DNA from: Malacoraja senta
Lineage: Eukaryota
Length of the DNA: 64,000 bases
Reading direction: 5' to 3'
NCBI GenBank assembly: GCA_038087875.1
Contig: CM075978.1
Coordinates: forward strand, 79,732,001-79,796,000
Under the pieces are notes generated by a model. That model saw only the letters and a list, made by a program, of their open reading frames with translations, was not told the DNA's origin and did no database searches. This document shows, piece after piece, positions 1-11,051 of the stretch (position 1 is its first letter; each line of letters begins with the position of its first letter). The translations under genes and the position numbers were made by a program.

Positions 1-382
1 AAAATGGACATGCGATGTTTCATACCTGATCTGCAGTATCTATAATATATTAAAACTCTGTGGCTGCCATCCGTCCGGCGGTCCGGCCGCCTGACTTGTG
101 CCACCAAGCCCCTTTGATACCGTCCTAGGCCCACACCGCACGCGGAAACGCCGATATTTTTTTCAATTTCTTTACGAATAGCAAATCCTGATTAAATTTG
201 GTCATATTATGTACACTTTTAAAATAAAATATTTCTCCCCCCCCCCCAACATTTCAAAATGTTAAAAAAACAGCTCTCAGCCATAGAATGTTAGTGAAGT
301 TTCCGTTGTGTGATGTCACAATGCCCGATGCTCACACATGTCAAAACGGAATGGATCAATTTACATATGCCTTTGCAGCAGC

Positions 383-1262
383 CCCTGCCCCAGCCCCTCC
401 CCCCAACCCCACAGCCTGTGTCAAAGGGCGTTAGACTGGACTGTCTCTACCCCTCCTACTTCCACTCTCCCTCCCCCACTATTTCCCCTCTCTCCCCCCA
501 CCGCTCTCACCCTCCCTCCACACTCTTCCCCCTCACTCCAATAACCAATCTCCCTCCTCCCCTCCCACCCCCATCCCTCCCCCCTCCCCCACACCTCTCT
601 CTCCATCCCCATCCCTCTCTCCCCCTCCCCATCCCTCTCCTCCCCCTCTCCATCTCCCTCTCCTCACCATCTCCCTCTCCTCCCCCTCCTCCTCCCACCC
701 CCATCCCTCTCTCCCCACCTCCCTTCCCTCCCCCACCCCTTCCCTCTCCCCCACCCCCTTCCCCCTCACCACTCTACCCCCTCCATCCACACTCTTCACC
801 CTCTACCCCCTACCCCATCTCCCTCCTCGCCTCCCTCCATCCTCACCCACACAACTCTACCCCTCTCTCTTGCACCACTCCCTGCTACCCCTCTCACCCT
901 CCCTCCCCACTCTTGGTCTCTCCCTCCCCGTCCCTCTCTCCCCCTCTCTTCCACCTACTCCTCTCTCCCCTTCCCCTCATCCCCTCTCTCCACCTCTAAC
1001 ATCCCCTCCCCCCTCTCTCACCCCCCCTACCACTCTCCCCCCTTCCTGCCCTCCCCGCTCTCCTCCCACTCCCCACTCTCCTCCCCCTCCCTCTCCCCCA
1101 CCCTGCTCTCCTCTCCCTCCCCAATCTCTCCCCTTTCCTCCTCCCCCTCTCCCCTCTCTCCCCCTCTCCCCTCCCTCCCCTCTTCTCTCCCCACCCCGTC
1201 TCCCTCTCTCCCCCCTCTTCTCTCCCCAACCCCGTCTCCCTCTCCCCCCCCTCCCCCGCCTG
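383..1262. repeat. C/T-rich low-complexity polypyrimidine tract inside the Helitron
   Basis: About 880 bp with almost no G on the + strand; gives rise to the spurious Pro/Ser-rich and Gly/Glu-rich ORFs. Confidence 0.95.
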
Positions 1263-1360
1263 TGTGTTTGGGGGGGTGGTTAGTGTGAGTGTGATGCCGC
1301 AGCCGCAGCTCCCCCCCATACGCGCGTTGGGGAAACAGCCTGCCAACAGTCTCTCTGTCT

Positions 1361-1552
1361 TTATCGAAGGTACACAAAAAAATGCTGTAGAAACTCAGCG
1401 GGTGCAGCAGCATCTATGGATCGAAGGAAATAGGCAATGTTTCGGGACGAAACACGTCTGAAGATGGGTTTCGGCCAGAAACGTTGCCTATTTCCTTCGC
1501 TCCATAGATGCTGCTGCACCCGCTGAGTTTCTCCAGCTTTTTTTCGTGTACC
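1361..1552. mobile_element. Palindromic Penelope-derived short element with hammerhead-like core
   Basis: Inverted arms GGTACAC...GTGTACC (1369-1552). TSD AGTCTCTCTGTCT at 1348-1360 and 1553-1565. CTGAAGA at 1458-1464, GAAAC-GTT at 1478-1485. Confidence 0.8.
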
Positions 1553-1567
1553 AGTCTCTCTGTCTCT

Positions 1568-1606
<39 letters not shown>
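1553..1606. repeat. (CT)n microsatellite
   Basis: Direct dinucleotide run. Confidence 0.95.
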
Positions 1607-1609
<3 letters not shown>

Positions 1610-2269
1610 CTTCTCTCTTGACAGCCCGCAGCTCGACTCATGCACACCCGCTCCAAACCCCCCCCTTCACCTCTCTCCCCCATCCTCTCCTTCCTCTCTC
1701 CACACCCTCCTCTCTCCCCACCCTCTCCACCTACCTCGTCCCCCTCTTCAAAAAGTTTTTTTTCTAACATTTAATTTTCTCTCTCTGCCCCCCCCCACTC
1801 TAGACGCACCTGAGAGGTGAGGGCTATTCGTCAGTGGATAGGGTGGAGATGGGATAAAAGAGGAAAATTAAAAAATTAAGATAATATCAAGGGGTGTGAT
1901 GAGTGTGTGTGTTTGTGGGTGCAAGATTCCATGCTTTGGAGGAAAGGGGGTGGTTAGTGTGATGCCACAGCCCCCCCCCCCCCCGCAAACGCACGTTCGG
2001 TGTCCAGAGCCAACCGGTCTGCACTTGGTCTAGTTATCATATAAAAGCCAGATAGTTGCAATATTCTGAGTAGCCTGCAGTCTGTGTGATCAGGAAGGCA
2101 GGTTCATACCGTTTACCTTCACGTGGTTTCTTTAAATACCGTTGTTTGCAAGAAAAAAACAAGGGTGTAGTAGTAATATATTCTGTGCTATTTATGAAGT
2201 ATTTAATGACATCGCTGTTGCAGAAGCTATCTAAGGGGGAAAAGGAGAAACAGCCCAGCTGCGTTCATC

Positions 2270-2564
2270 TTTAGTTTTAGAGATGCAGTGTAGAAACAGG
2301 TGCTTCGGCCCACCGAGTCTGCGCCGAACAGCGATCACCAATACATTAGCTCTATCTTACACATTAGGCACAATTTCTAGAAGCCAATTAACCTACAAAC
2401 CTGTATTTCTGACATGTGGGAGGAAAGCGCGGGACCCGACAAAACCCATGCGATTATAGGGAGAATGTACAAACTCCGTACGTACAAGCACCCATAGTCA
2501 GGATCAAACCCAGATCTATGGTACTGTAAGGCAGCGATTCTACCATTGCACCACTGTGCTGCCC
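2270..2564 (-). mobile_element. tRNA-derived V-SINE (HE1-like)
   Basis: Reverse complement has a tRNA-like head, the central GGTTTGTAGGTTAATTGG domain and a CTAAA tail. Confidence 0.85.
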
Positions 2565-2864
2565 AAATTAGAATCATTTGTGAATTGAAGTGCAATACAC
2601 CTTATTTAGACTACCCCTGGAGTAATACGTATAGCCATGGTTGCCGAATTACTGGAAGGATGTGGTATTAATAGAGAGAGGGCAGATGAGTTTCATCAGG
2701 TTGTGCATGGAAAGGAGGGCTGTAGTTATACGGAGAGATTGGATAGGCTGGGGGTATTCTCACTGGAACATAGGCTGTGGAATAACTTTATAATTTAGAA
2801 GTTTATAAAATTAAAAGTGTCACAGACAAGATAGAGCCATTTTTCCCCCCAGGAAAAATGAGTC

Positions 2865-3045
2865 TTGCAAGATGAGGTGTTCCACCAGTTGAATGTTTAT
2901 TTTAAACCCACTGCCTCCCATAACTATCTAGACTACACTTCTTCCCACCCTGCTTCTTGCAAAGACTCTATCCTTCGTCTACACCGCATCTGCGCCCAAG
3001 ATAAAGTGTTCCATGCCAGTTACCAGCATCTGCTGTTCCTTGAAA
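2865..3045 (+). mobile_element. Penelope-like element RT C-terminal fragment
   Basis: Translates VYFKPTASHNYLDYTSSHPASCKDSI..LRLHRIC, the typical PLE thumb-region motif. It is followed by the pLTR tail CCAGCATCTGCTGTTCCTT. Confidence 0.75.
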
Positions 3046-3102
3046 CAGAGAGCACAGTTTAAAGGCGAGAATGGAGATATTTAAATGATATCTGAAGAGG
3101 AA

Positions 3103-3327
3103 AGTGCCTGTCCCACTTGGGCGTCATTTGTGCGTCACGCAGGTGGCGCGCAAAGATTTTGTGAATCCCAAAATCCTGGGGCGCGGCGCGAGATCGCCCG
3201 TCACTACCTATGTCACCATGCACCATGTGCGCGTAATGCACACCATGAGCGCATCACGTGCACGTCATGACACGCGTCGTGACGCGTAAATGATGCCGCG
3301 TAAATGGCGCGCAAGTGACACCCAAGT
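3103..3327. mobile_element. PIF/Harbinger-type MITE with truncated right end
   Basis: Left end GCCTGTCCCACTTGGGCGTCA matches the other GGGCCTGTCCCAC MITEs. The right side TGACACCCAAGT lacks the terminal GGGACAGGC. CpG-rich. Confidence 0.65.
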
Positions 3328-3339
3328 TTTTGACACCTA

Positions 3340-4954
3340 CAGTGGCTTGCAAAAGTTTTCATACCCCTTGAACTTTTCCACATTTTGTCACGTTACAACC
3401 ACAAACGTAAATGTATTTTATTGGGATTTTATGTGATGGACCAACACAAAGTGGTGCATAATTGTGAAGTGGAAGGAAAATGATACATGGTTTTCAAATT
3501 TTTTTACAAATAAAAAACTGAAAAGTGTCGCGTGCAAAAGTATTCAGCCCCCCTGAGTCAATACTTTGTAGAACCACCTTTCACTGCAATTACAGCTGCA
3601 AGTCTTTTGGGGTATGTCTCTACCAGCTTTGCACATCTAGAGACTGAAATTTTTGCCCATTCTTCTTTGCAAAATAGCTCAAGCTCAGTCAGATTGGATG
3701 GAGAGCATCTGTGAACAGCAATTTTCAAGTCTTGCCAGAGATTATCAATTGGATTTAGGTCTGGACTTTGACTGGGCATTCTAACACATGAATATGCTTT
3801 GATCTAAACCATTCCATTGTAGCTCTGGCTGTATGTTTAGGGTCGTTGTCCTGCTGGAAGGTGAACCTCCGCCCCAGTCTCAAGTCTTTTGCAGACTCTA
3901 ACAGGTTTTCTTCCAAGATTGCCCTGTATTTGGCTCCATCCATCTTCCCATCAACTCTGACCAGCTTCCCTGTCCCTGCTGAAGAAAAGCATCCCCACAG
4001 CATGATGCTGCCACCACCATGTTTCACAGTGGGGATGGTGTGTTCAGGGTGATGTGCAGTGTTAGGTTTCCGCCACACATAGCGTTTTGCATTAGGCCAA
4101 AAACTTCAATTTTGGTCTCATCTGAGCAGAGCACCTTCCTCCACATGTTTGCTGTGTCCCCCCACATGGCTTATGGCAAACTGCAAACGGGACTTCTTAT
4201 GGCTTTTTTTCAACAATGGCTTTCTTCTTGCCACTCTTCCATAAAGGTCCGATTTGTGGAGTGCACGACTAATAGTTGTCCTGTGGACAGATTCTCCCAC
4301 CTGAGCTGTGGATCTCTGCAGCTCCTCCAGAGTTACCATGGGCCTCTTGGCTGCTTCTCTGAACAATGCTCTCCTTGCCTGGCCTGTCTGTTTAGTTGGA
4401 CGCCCATGTCTTGGTAGGTTTGCAGTTGTGCCATACTCTTTCCATTTTCGGATGATGGATTGAACAGTGCTCCGTGAGATGTTCAAAGCTTGGGATATTT
4501 GTTTATAACCTAACCCTGCTTTAAACTTCTCCACAACTTTATCCCTGACCTGTCTGGTGTGTTCCTTGGGCTTCATGATGCTGTTTGTTCACTAATGTTC
4601 TCTAACAAACCTCTGAGGCCTTCACAGAACAGCTGTATTTATACTGAGATTAGATTACACACAAGGGGACTTTATTTACTAATTAGGTGACTTCTGAAGG
4701 CAATTGGTTGCACTGGATTATATTTAGGGGTATCAGAGTAAAGGGGGCTGAATACTTTTGCACGTGACATTTTAAAGTTTTTTATTTGTAAAAAAATTTG
4801 AAAACCATGTATCATTTTCCTTCCACTTCACAATTATGCGCCACTTTGTGTTGGTCTATCACATAAAATCCCAATAAAATACATTTACGTTTGTGGTTGT
4901 AATGTGACAAAATGTGAAAAGTTCAAGGGGTATGAATACTTTTGCAAGCCACTG
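3340..4954 (-). mobile_element. Full-length Tc1 transposon (IR/DR type)
   Basis: Near-identical TIRs of about 215 bp, CAGTGGCTTGCAAAAG (3340-3553 and 4742-4954), with inner direct repeat GCAAAAGTATTCA. TA on the left flank. Confidence 0.95.
3558..4576 (-). pseudogene. Tc1 transposase, frameshifted
   Basis: Three ORF pieces: a paired-like HTH ending GRP; [14 protein letters not shown]...QQDNDPKH; and [11 protein letters not shown]. Frameshifts near 4160, 4095 and 3778. The third catalytic residue reads D instead of E. Confidence 0.92.
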
Positions 4955-5330
4955 CAAATGACACCTATGTTTTTCATGTAGGGTGATGAATATCTGGAAA
5001 GAGCTGCCAGAGGAGATGGAGGAGGAGAATGCAATTACAATGGTTAAAAGGTGTTTGGACAAGAACGTGGAAACAAAAGGCACATGGTGATAATTACCTA
5101 ATGAGGGATGAGAACAGATAAGCACAATGGTCAGCATGCATGAAATGGGTCGAGTGGGCCTGTTTCTGTGCTGCACACTTCTCTGATTTTTGTTAAGGAA
5201 CATTACCTCCTGCAAACCTGCAGTGCCATAAGAGCAGAATATGAATGATGTCCTTGTTTAAGAAAGTAAACTAGAACAGGCTTCCTGTGTAGTAGGACTG
5301 GGTTGGAAGGAATTGGTCATGGTAATAGAA

Positions 5331-5478
5331 GGGTAGACAAAAATGCTGGAGAAACTCAGCGGGTGAGGCAGCATCTAAGGAGCGAAGGTCACTCCATAGA
5401 TGCTGCCTCACCCGCTGAGTGTCTCCAGCATTTTTGTCTACTTTTGATTTTTCCAGCATCTGCAGTTCTTCCTTAAAC
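5331..5478. mobile_element. Palindromic Penelope-derived short element, centre deleted
   Basis: Inverted arms GTAGACAAAAATGCTGGAGA / TCTCCAGCATTTTTGTCTAC. Imperfect TSD TTGGTCATGGTAATAGAA / TTGGCCATGTAATAGAA. Confidence 0.8.
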
Positions 5479-6209
5479 TTTTGGCCATGTAATAGAACTC
5501 GTTTTCATTTCGGTATTGGAAGAATCAAATGTTACCACTAATTGCAGCTGTATCATGACCTGTTTTTTCATAGATTGTCAGGTCACCTCATTTTTACACC
5601 TTATTTTCCAGTGTTTTCCAGGAATTCCAATGCATTATTAACCAGATCTGTTACAATATGCTGACAAATTTCACCCTGGTTTGGAATTCTCAGCGGTTAA
5701 TTCTCTAGGCAGGGGAGCCTCATAAATGAGAGAAATGGATATTATAGTTGCTTAGGATCAAAAAATGAGCAAGAATTTAGCTGCTCAGAGATTTTATCAG
5801 GTGCAATGTTTTTTAAATTATATTCCCAAATAAAATGCAACTGTGCAAGAATGTCTACCATAATAGATCAGTATTTAAAGAAGTGGCTGAATACAATGTG
5901 TACATCAGCATTGAGTTGCATGCTGTGAATTTCATTTGATTTTATAGAAAACAATTTCTGAAAATTGTCACTTTGTTCTTGTTCCTCATTGTTCACTTTA
6001 TTTTAGTCAAGATGCTAATCCAAAAGTTCACAGCAAAAACAATAAATGGTCCAAAAACAACCACTTTTTTTTTTATTGTCATGCTGCTAAATTGAAGATT
6101 AAAGGAATAATCTTGCTTGGCCATGAGCAAATGTAGTTGACATCACACACAAATAACAGCATGATATGTTGAGCAAAATCTTATGTAATTCAAAGCACAT
6201 TATGGACAG

Positions 6210-6785
6210 TTTTAGCAGATTAGTTGGGCAGAAGACAGCAAGAATAGGAGTAATGGAAATGGACTCAAATTGTAAAGGATCAACTGGAGGTGCCTCAAAA
6301 AAAAATCTGTGCTAGGACCTCCATAATTCACAATATTTATTCATGAGTTAAACCTCTGAAGAGGGATCTATGCATCCAAATTGCCGATAACACCATTGCT
6401 GGTGGCTAGGTAAGTAGTGTAGACTGGAGCATAAAATTGCAAAGAAACGTTGATGGATTGAATGAGTGAGCAAAACTATTGCTGATGGATATCAACGTGT
6501 GGTCATCCACTTTTGACCAAGAAAAGATGACGTCTTTATTTGAATCCAAAAAGTTGGAAATGGTGGAAATTTAAAGAGATTTCACATACACAATTCAATA
6601 AAATGTATTTGTCAGGTATAAAATTAAAATAAAATAAAACTAATGGCTTGTTAGTTTTTGTAACCTTGGCACTCAAGCTTAACAAACACATTATGTGATC
6701 AGAAATATGATGTATTTCTGAACATTATTCTCTGGGATAGACCTGAGTAGCATTGCATTGCGGATTTAGAAAATGTTACTGGTTT
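6210..6785 (+). mobile_element. Highly degraded CR1 RT fragment
   Basis: Remnants of GVPQ-SVLGP (GGAGGTGCCTCAA...GTGCTAGGACC) and of the ADDT motif (GCCGATAACACC). Confidence 0.6.
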
Positions 6786-6811
6786 TAAGATTAAATTTAG
6801 AAAACTTAGAA

Positions 6812-7832
6812 CAGCGTGGGTTTTCTCCGAGATCGGTTTCCTCCCACACTCCAAAGACGTACAGGTTTGTAGGTTGATTGGCTTTGTATAAATGTAAATT
6901 GTCCCTAATGTAGGTATGTTACAAAACTTACCTTCAGTCGGGACGGATTTCACACACGGGACAGGTAAACGAAAGTGGTTTCTTTAAATGTATAAAAGTG
7001 CTTCTTAAGAAGCCTTTAATTCACATATTTTCATACGAAACGGTGATTTTATTCCCCGAACTAACGGCAGTATTTTTCATGCCAATACGGGGTTAAATTC
7101 ACCGCAAATGAACGTTCCAAAAGATCGCGTTCCAGAAATCCTCACTCACAAGATGATTTAAATGCCCATTAATTTACAGGTATTAAACATTCAATTCCTT
7201 CCATTTGGCCTGTAAATTCATGAAAATGAGATTTAAAAATTATGTTATATTGTGAATTATTGTGTGAATGTTATGTGGACACTTAGGCTATTTAAAAATG
7301 TTAATCTATTCTTAAGAAATTGATAGATGTTTAGATCTAGTAATTGAATTTTGTAATTAGCTACAATTAGGTAACTAACTAATTATATGCTTTACTTTCA
7401 TGTCTTCTAAGTAAGATTGTTTCATGTTTGTTTCAGAATGCTTCAATCTATAATAACTGAAAATTTCTTTCAGTTATCTTAATTTTTAAGAAAGTTATGG
7501 GCTTTTAACTGTCCTCGATCACAGCTTTTGTGTTAAGTCAATGGAAAAGCAATAGGGAACAAGATGCTAATTTCCGAGTATGAAAATGGCCATAACTTCT
7601 TTAATACTGAAGATATGAAAGTGAATTAGGTGTAAAATTAAACTTCTTTTTATGCTTTATCTGATGGGATAAATTGCAGACTTTATTTTTAAAATCTCAA
7701 AATTTTGTAACATTGCTACCTAATGTGTGTAGGATAGTGTTAATATGTGGGGATCGCTGGTCGGCGCTGACCCGGTGGGCCGAAGGGCCTGTTTCCGCGT
7801 TGTATCTCTAAACTAAACTAAACTAAACTAAA
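6812..7832 (+). mobile_element. V-SINE (5' truncated), split by a DNA transposon
   Basis: V-domain at 6812-6910 continues at 7719-7832 and ends in a (CTAAA)n tail. Confidence 0.85.
6911..7718 (-). mobile_element. Non-autonomous TIR DNA transposon with 7-bp TSD (short copy)
   Basis: TIRs TAGGTATGTTACAAAA / TTTTGTAACATTGCTA. TSD CCTAATG at 6904-6910 and 7719-7725. Reverse-orientation relative of 51025-52565. Confidence 0.88.
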
Positions 7833-9323
7833 AGGAAATGTGGAAAGTTGAGAAGTGATTTTATTGGTGATAGTTACATACAGTTAACTCAATTATAAAA
7901 TTGAATGTACACATCATCCATGTTGCTGGTGGATATGTTTATATTTGCTTTAATAATTCAATACATTTGAATAAAGAAATACCAGTACAGATTTGTGCTA
8001 TCCATAAGGCATTTATGTTAAACCTATACATCATTTTGAAGGGGATGATACAGTATATAGCCAATTTTGATATTGTCTTAAATTGAAGAATCTACCATGA
8101 CAGACCAATAACAAATGATGCATGGATTTGCTGCACTGAAAATATCACTGATTTGTAACATTTCTAACGGTTCCAGTTAAAATCTAAGCCTTTCACAAGC
8201 TACCATAATTTTTATTTGCTTGTTACAGTGGAATCTTCACACTCACAAATATATTGTCACTATTTGTATCATGCTAATTTGTCTCACATCGTCTGACGAG
8301 AAGACAATCTGTGCTTAAATTGAGAATAATAAGATCAATATTTGCAGAAATATTGACAATTATATTTCCAGGAATGCAACTTGATGTAGTCAGAGAAGGT
8401 CAGAACCATTTGTAGTTCAACTTTTCTGTGATCAGGTACCATCTCACTGTGCACAAAATGATAATTATTACTCACAATCCTACTTGAGTCAAAACCGTGA
8501 AATCACTTACTTGATCATAGGTCATAACTTGATGAAGTGCCGCATACAATTGCAGCTGCACAGACAATGATTATATCTATATGCAGAGAATGCTTATAGA
8601 ATCTGCTCAGAATTTAGAACAATAACTGCCCATTCCTCTGATCCAATGATCCAATGATTCAATGATATTTTACTGTTGATTGGAGTTAGTCTCATGTTTG
8701 ACAGGCGACTGGCAGGGCAAATACTGATTTAAGAATGAATCATGATTTGTTAATATCATTGCCTATCTCTGCCTTAACCGCTGATACAAAGAACTGGGGT
8801 AATCCAAATTGAATGGACTTTTTTCCTTAGTTCTAAAATTGTTTACATGAAAAGCAACACATGATTTAAATGAAGGTTGAAACAAAGCCGGTAAACATTA
8901 ATAATTCTTGTTATCCATTTGTCAGTCTGTGGATTTTGGACCAATGAAACTCTTCAGCCAACCTTACTGACAATGCAGATGAAGGAGTAACCATTGCATC
9001 ACTCCCTCAGGGGTAAGGTTTGTGGGAAAACACAGTGCGGGGATGAATGATTTCTTCAAAACATTTTATCTATTGATTTTATCCATTGTGGATCTACATC
9101 ACTCTAATGGCAGTACAGAGCTCGGAGCTTCTGAAAAGTAAGGGCAGGGCAGGTTATGTGTGTCAACTTCACGATTGATGGACCTGACTACATTCAATAT
9201 CTTTATTTGCATACAAAGAATGGGCTCGCTGATTAGAAGACTTCTCGTGCTTATGAAACTTGTACCGCAAGTAAATTCCTTCAGCAGTCAGGGAGATGAA
9301 TTAAGTAGGTGAAAAATAATTGA

Positions 9324-9640
9324 AGATAGACACAAAATGCTTGAGTAACTCAGTGGGAATGGCAATATCTCTGCAGAGGAGGAATGGGAGATGTTTGTAG
9401 AAATTACCTGGAATTATAGAATTCAACTTTCATACCGCTGGTTGTAGTGCTATCCAAATGAAAACGAGGTGCAGTTTCTCCAATGGCAATGGAGGAGGTC
9501 CAGGATAGAAATGTCAGTATGGGAATGGGAAGGGAGTTGAAGTGGTTAGCAACCAGGAGATCCAGTAGGCCTTGGCAGACCTCACGCAAGTGTTAAGCAA
9601 AACGGTCATCGAATCTCCGCTTGGTCTCGCAGATGTACTG
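9324..9640 (-). mobile_element. Penelope-like element 3' part: GIY-YIG endonuclease remnant plus pLTR
   Basis: Minus strand translates HLREVCQGLLDLLVANHFNS...GMKVEF. It lies next to the pLTR arm GATAGACACAAAATGCTTGAGTAACTCAG. Confidence 0.75.
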
Positions 9641-10249
9641 GAATTTAAAAAGCCTTGGCTTGCTCTGTTACTAATCATCTGTTCATAGAAATCAGCCAAA
9701 ATTTAAATCCTGCACTAGGTCTGTTCTGCTGTAGGGTCTGCGTGGTATTTTCCCCAGTATAAAGGTGGGGAATCATGCTTCGACTCCCAGTAAAACCATG
9801 ACAGAGCACAATGATGGGTTCTTCCACTGAATCTGACGATAACTCCCAGACTCAGTGTGTATGAGTCTTTCAGGGATTTGCTTCCATTAACAATGTTCAG
9901 ACAATGGTAGTTCAGACCATACATTCCACAGAAAAGATGTCAATATTATAAAAAATGATAACAGGCCAGTAAAATTGATAAAAGAAAACACCTCCCCCCT
10001 CCCTTAGTTCTAAATTGAATTGTGAAATAGACTAAAACCATGCGCACAGATGGGATTTTAATTGCACCATTGGAGGTGGAAGGAAGCTGTTTATTGTATC
10101 TTCTGGTGCCATCATGCGAGTGAATACTGTCACTAAACAAAAAATGGAAAGATTATACTTTCACCAACATATGAACAATAAACATCTTAAAAAAGGCAAT
10201 GAATATGTTGCAGTATTTATGAAGCAATCTCCAGTGTGACCTTATTGCG

Positions 10250-11051
10250 AAGTGGCGGCGCCTAACGGCAGCGGCTCGACTGCAGTCCGTCTGTCCTTTA
10301 AAAAAAATTGTCCCATTAGATGTATGTTTTTGGTTCTAATTTTTATTATTTTTTAGCTGTGTATATGTGTGTGGGGGGGGGGGGGGGGGGGAGGGGAAGC
10401 AGTTTAATCTCTTCCCTGTATGGGGACCCGACTTTTTCCCTGTCGGGTCTCCGTTGGGCCTAACATCGTGGAGCTGGCGGCGGCCTCCAACTGGATCCAA
10501 CCTGAGGGCTCCAGTCGCGGAGCCTGCAGACTCGCCATCATGGAGCTGGCCGACTTCAGAACGGGGAGAGCTGTGGCGGCGCGCGGCTGCAACCCGACTT
10601 CGGAGCTTCGGAGGCTCCGGTGGACAGGAACATCGGGAGCTCACAGGTCCCTGGTGGGAGACCGCTTTTCGGAGCTCCCGCAAAGGGCAACTTCTCCCGC
10701 CGGAATCGTGGGGTTTAAATAACTCGGAGCGGGGCCTAACATCGCCCGGCGCGGCTTAAACGGCCGCGGGACTTACCATCGCCAGTCGGGGGCTTTAACA
10801 TCGTGAGCCCCAGTCGCCTCGATGCTGCACTTGGACTGCTGGACCGCGGGAGAAGAATAAAGGGAAGAGATAAGACTTTTGCCTTCCATCACAGTGAGGA
10901 GGTGTTGGAGATTCACTGTGATGGATGTTTGTGTAAATTGTGTTAAGTGTGTGTCTTGTTTTTATTTGTAATGTCATGACTGTAGGAATGAAATTTCGTT
11001 CAAACCTTGTCTGTTTGAATGACAATAAAAGGCATTCTATTATATTCTATT
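10250..11051 (+). mobile_element. CpG-rich non-autonomous retroelement with Rex1/Babar-like tail (copy 1)
   Basis: Shares CTAACATCGTGGAGCTGGCGG and CCTTCCATCACA with the copies at 58.7 and 63.3 kb. Ends TGACAATAAA plus (ATTCT)-type repeats. Confidence 0.7.

Larger units (their letters stand above)
39..2033 (+). mobile_element. Non-autonomous Helitron
   Basis: Starts A|TCTATAATATATTAAAACTC (TC at 39-40) and ends CTAG|T (2030-2033). A degenerate subterminal hairpin CAGAGCC-AAC-CGGTCTG lies at 2005-2021. No TSD; inserted between A and T. Confidence 0.7.
2600..5185 (+). mobile_element. Degraded CR1 LINE 3' end, interrupted by a Penelope fragment, a MITE and a Tc1
   Basis: CR1-like pieces at about 2600-2860, 3045-3100 and 4968-5185; the last ends GGGCCTGTTTCTGTGCTG. 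Confidence 0.65.

Noticed and set aside
310-1413. Long Pro/Ser-rich and Gly/Glu-rich ORFs
   Set aside because: Artefacts of the C/T-rich tract, which lacks stop codons; no domain content.
1361-1552. Reading the palindromic elements as DNA-transposon MITEs
   Set aside because: Asymmetric arms, variable 11-15 bp TSDs and linkage to GIY-YIG sequence at 9324 and 42698 indicate Penelope retrotransposition.
8511-8555. 45-nt minus-strand micro-exon candidate (LQLYAALHQVMTYDQ) with a GTAAGT donor
   Set aside because: Poor polypyrimidine tract and no recognisable homology; such sites are expected by chance in 64 kb.
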